Source: Eledone cirrhosa
Lineage: Eukaryota
DNA: 64,000 nucleotides
Direction of reading: 5' to 3'
Assembly: GCA_964016885.1 (NCBI GenBank)
Contig: OZ024761.1
Span: 18,042,001-18,106,000 of the forward strand
Shown: in pieces, positions 49,456 through 64,000 of the stretch
Numbering within the stretch: the first letter of the stretch is position 1
Layout: each line of letters begins with the position of its first letter
Notes under the pieces: model-generated
Databases searched by the model: none
What the model was told of the DNA's origin: nothing
Seen by the model: the letters and a program-made list of their open reading frames with translations, nothing else
Made by a program: the position numbers and the translations under genes

Positions 49456-49541
<86 letters not shown>

Positions 49542-49637
49542 GCGTATCGAATGCGATGTAACCAGCGACGGAACCCTTACGCCTTTACGTGGTCTCGCCA
49601 CTTGCTAGAAATAGAAGCGAAAGAACACTATCACTCA

Positions 49638-61865
<12,228 letters not shown>

Positions 61866-62127
61866 AGTTTCTAACAGGTAGGGGTGGGTGGGGGAGATGG
61901 AGGGGTCGGGTGGAACAGGTGAGAATGGTATTCCTAAATGAGCCGATTGTTCACAAACTAATATATATAACAAAAAAAGAATCTAAAGAAAAAATCAAAA
62001 CATAAAAAATATGTAAAATACGTGAAAGATAAATTGCTGGAAATATGCGTGTATGTATGTATGTATGTATGTATGTATGTATGTATGTATGTATGTATGT
62101 ATGTATGTATGTATGTATGTATGTATG

Positions 62128-62178
<51 letters not shown>

Positions 62179-62537
62179 AAAAATATGGGTGAGAATAATA
62201 CTGCTGGTTGCACATGGATAACATGTTATAAAATGAGTCCCTCATCAGTGATTTACCAAACGATCATGGGTATTTCATCGTATTAAAAATCATATACCTC
62301 ACGTTGGAGCGATAATAACTAAAATAAGTTATGAGGACAATAGAAACGCGTAAAGCGAGTGAGACAAGTAAACAACACATTGGGAAGCTAACCGAAGATG
62401 GAAATAAACACAAGCAACATAGTTATTCTTTCAGCATAAGCTGTGTGAATATATGCGCGAGTTAGAAACAGACCTTTCGCTAGTGAATCCGGTGTTAGAA
62501 AGAAGGAAATATATATATATATATATACATATATATA

Positions 62538-62568
<31 letters not shown>

Positions 62569-62865
62569 ATATATGTATGTATATATATATATATATGTAT
62601 GTATGTATATATGTATGTATATATATATATATATATATGTATGTACATATGTATGTATATATATATATATGTATGTATATATATATATATATATATGTAT
62701 GTACATATGTATGTATATATATATATATGTATGTATATATATATATGTATGTATATATATATGTGTATATATATATATATGTGTGTGTGTGTGCATATAT
62801 ATATATATATATATAAATGAAAATATAGAAATTATTGTGAGCAAGAAGCCAACAGTATTTCATTA

Positions 62866-62908
<43 letters not shown>

Positions 62909-63577
62909 ATGTATATATGCATATATGTGTGTGTATGTGTAGATATGTAAGTGGATATGTACCAGCATATATTTGTGTGTGAGAGAAAGGCTGACGATTA
63001 TACGATTTTTAAAAGTATATTTTTTTCAGAAGTACACTCAACGTGTACGTAATTCCAACAAAGTTACGTACCTTTGTAGACAAAGGAGGCGGTTGGAATT
63101 AGAGCGGTGAGGGAGAATCGGTAATTTTTCTAGGTTGTCTCCCTTGAATTTTTAAAAAATCAAAATTTTACAACCCCAGCCCATCCTATTTATTTCATAA
63201 CGTATGGGATTTCTAGTAATGTACTTTCCTTGTCACAATGTATAATGTTTTTTAATGCCTATAGAATTTTAATTGGCAGAGGAATTAAGCTGGAGATAGA
63301 TTATGAAAATTTAATATACGTGAGGCGGTGATGGTGGAAAAACTCCGAAAAATTAATAAGCGTGGGAAGGGACGATTATTCGAGACACGAGAACACATAT
63401 TTATAAATATATTTTCATATTTAGTCTTTTACTATTTTAACGGAATTTAAAAAAAACCCAAAAAATCAATGAAAAAGAACTTACCACAAGAAATATAATA
63501 ATAATAATAATAATATTTGTTTCTATTTTAGGCACAAGGTCGGCAATTTTGGGGGCTGGCCTTGTGCCGAAACTAGA

Positions 63578-63610
<33 letters not shown>

Positions 63611-63886
63611 TGTTTCTACTTTTGGCACAAGGCCAGCAATTATCCCAGTGTATTACTGGTACTTTATTTTATCGACCCCGTATAATAATAATAATTGTTT
63701 CTACTATTGGCACAAGGCCAGAAAATACCCAGTACATTACTGGTACTTTATGATAATGATAATAACGTTAATTATGATTTTATCCTCAAACAAATATTCA
63801 CTACAAGCCATCCAATTCAATTCTCTAACAATACCACCAGTCGACACGCGCACACACGTATTTACGTATGTGTGCGTGTGTATAGC

Positions 63887-63961
<75 letters not shown>

Positions 63962-64000
63962 GTATATATACACATATGTAGAGAGAAAGAGATAGCTAAA

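Overview
AT-rich, microsatellite-dense animal genomic DNA. The SINE and LINE repertoire points to an octopod cephalopod (inference). Three protein genes can be rebuilt by hand from splice signals. (1) A complete 20-coding-exon SANBR/KIAA1841 orthologue on + (2819-27689, about 836 aa). (2) The last two exons of a COPB2 (beta'-COP)-like gene on - (31590-29971); no other exons of it are recognisable in the window. (3) A short ovo/OVOL C2H2 zinc-finger gene on + (about 49551/49638-61865). The rest is tRNA-derived SINEs, CR1/RTE/R4-like LINE fragments, MITEs, about 10 kb of TA/CA satellite and a 200-N gap. The most striking hidden signal is a set of at least six unrelated short elements embedded in (TA)n. 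They carry minimal type I hammerhead ribozyme folds, two families with unusual cores (U3-A8 covariant, U4A), and many are frozen as long fold-back palindromes. This fits a Penelope-like/retrozyme-type non-autonomous retroelement system. All homology calls are from recognition of remembered sequences, and all RNA folds were paired by eye; no search or folding program was run.
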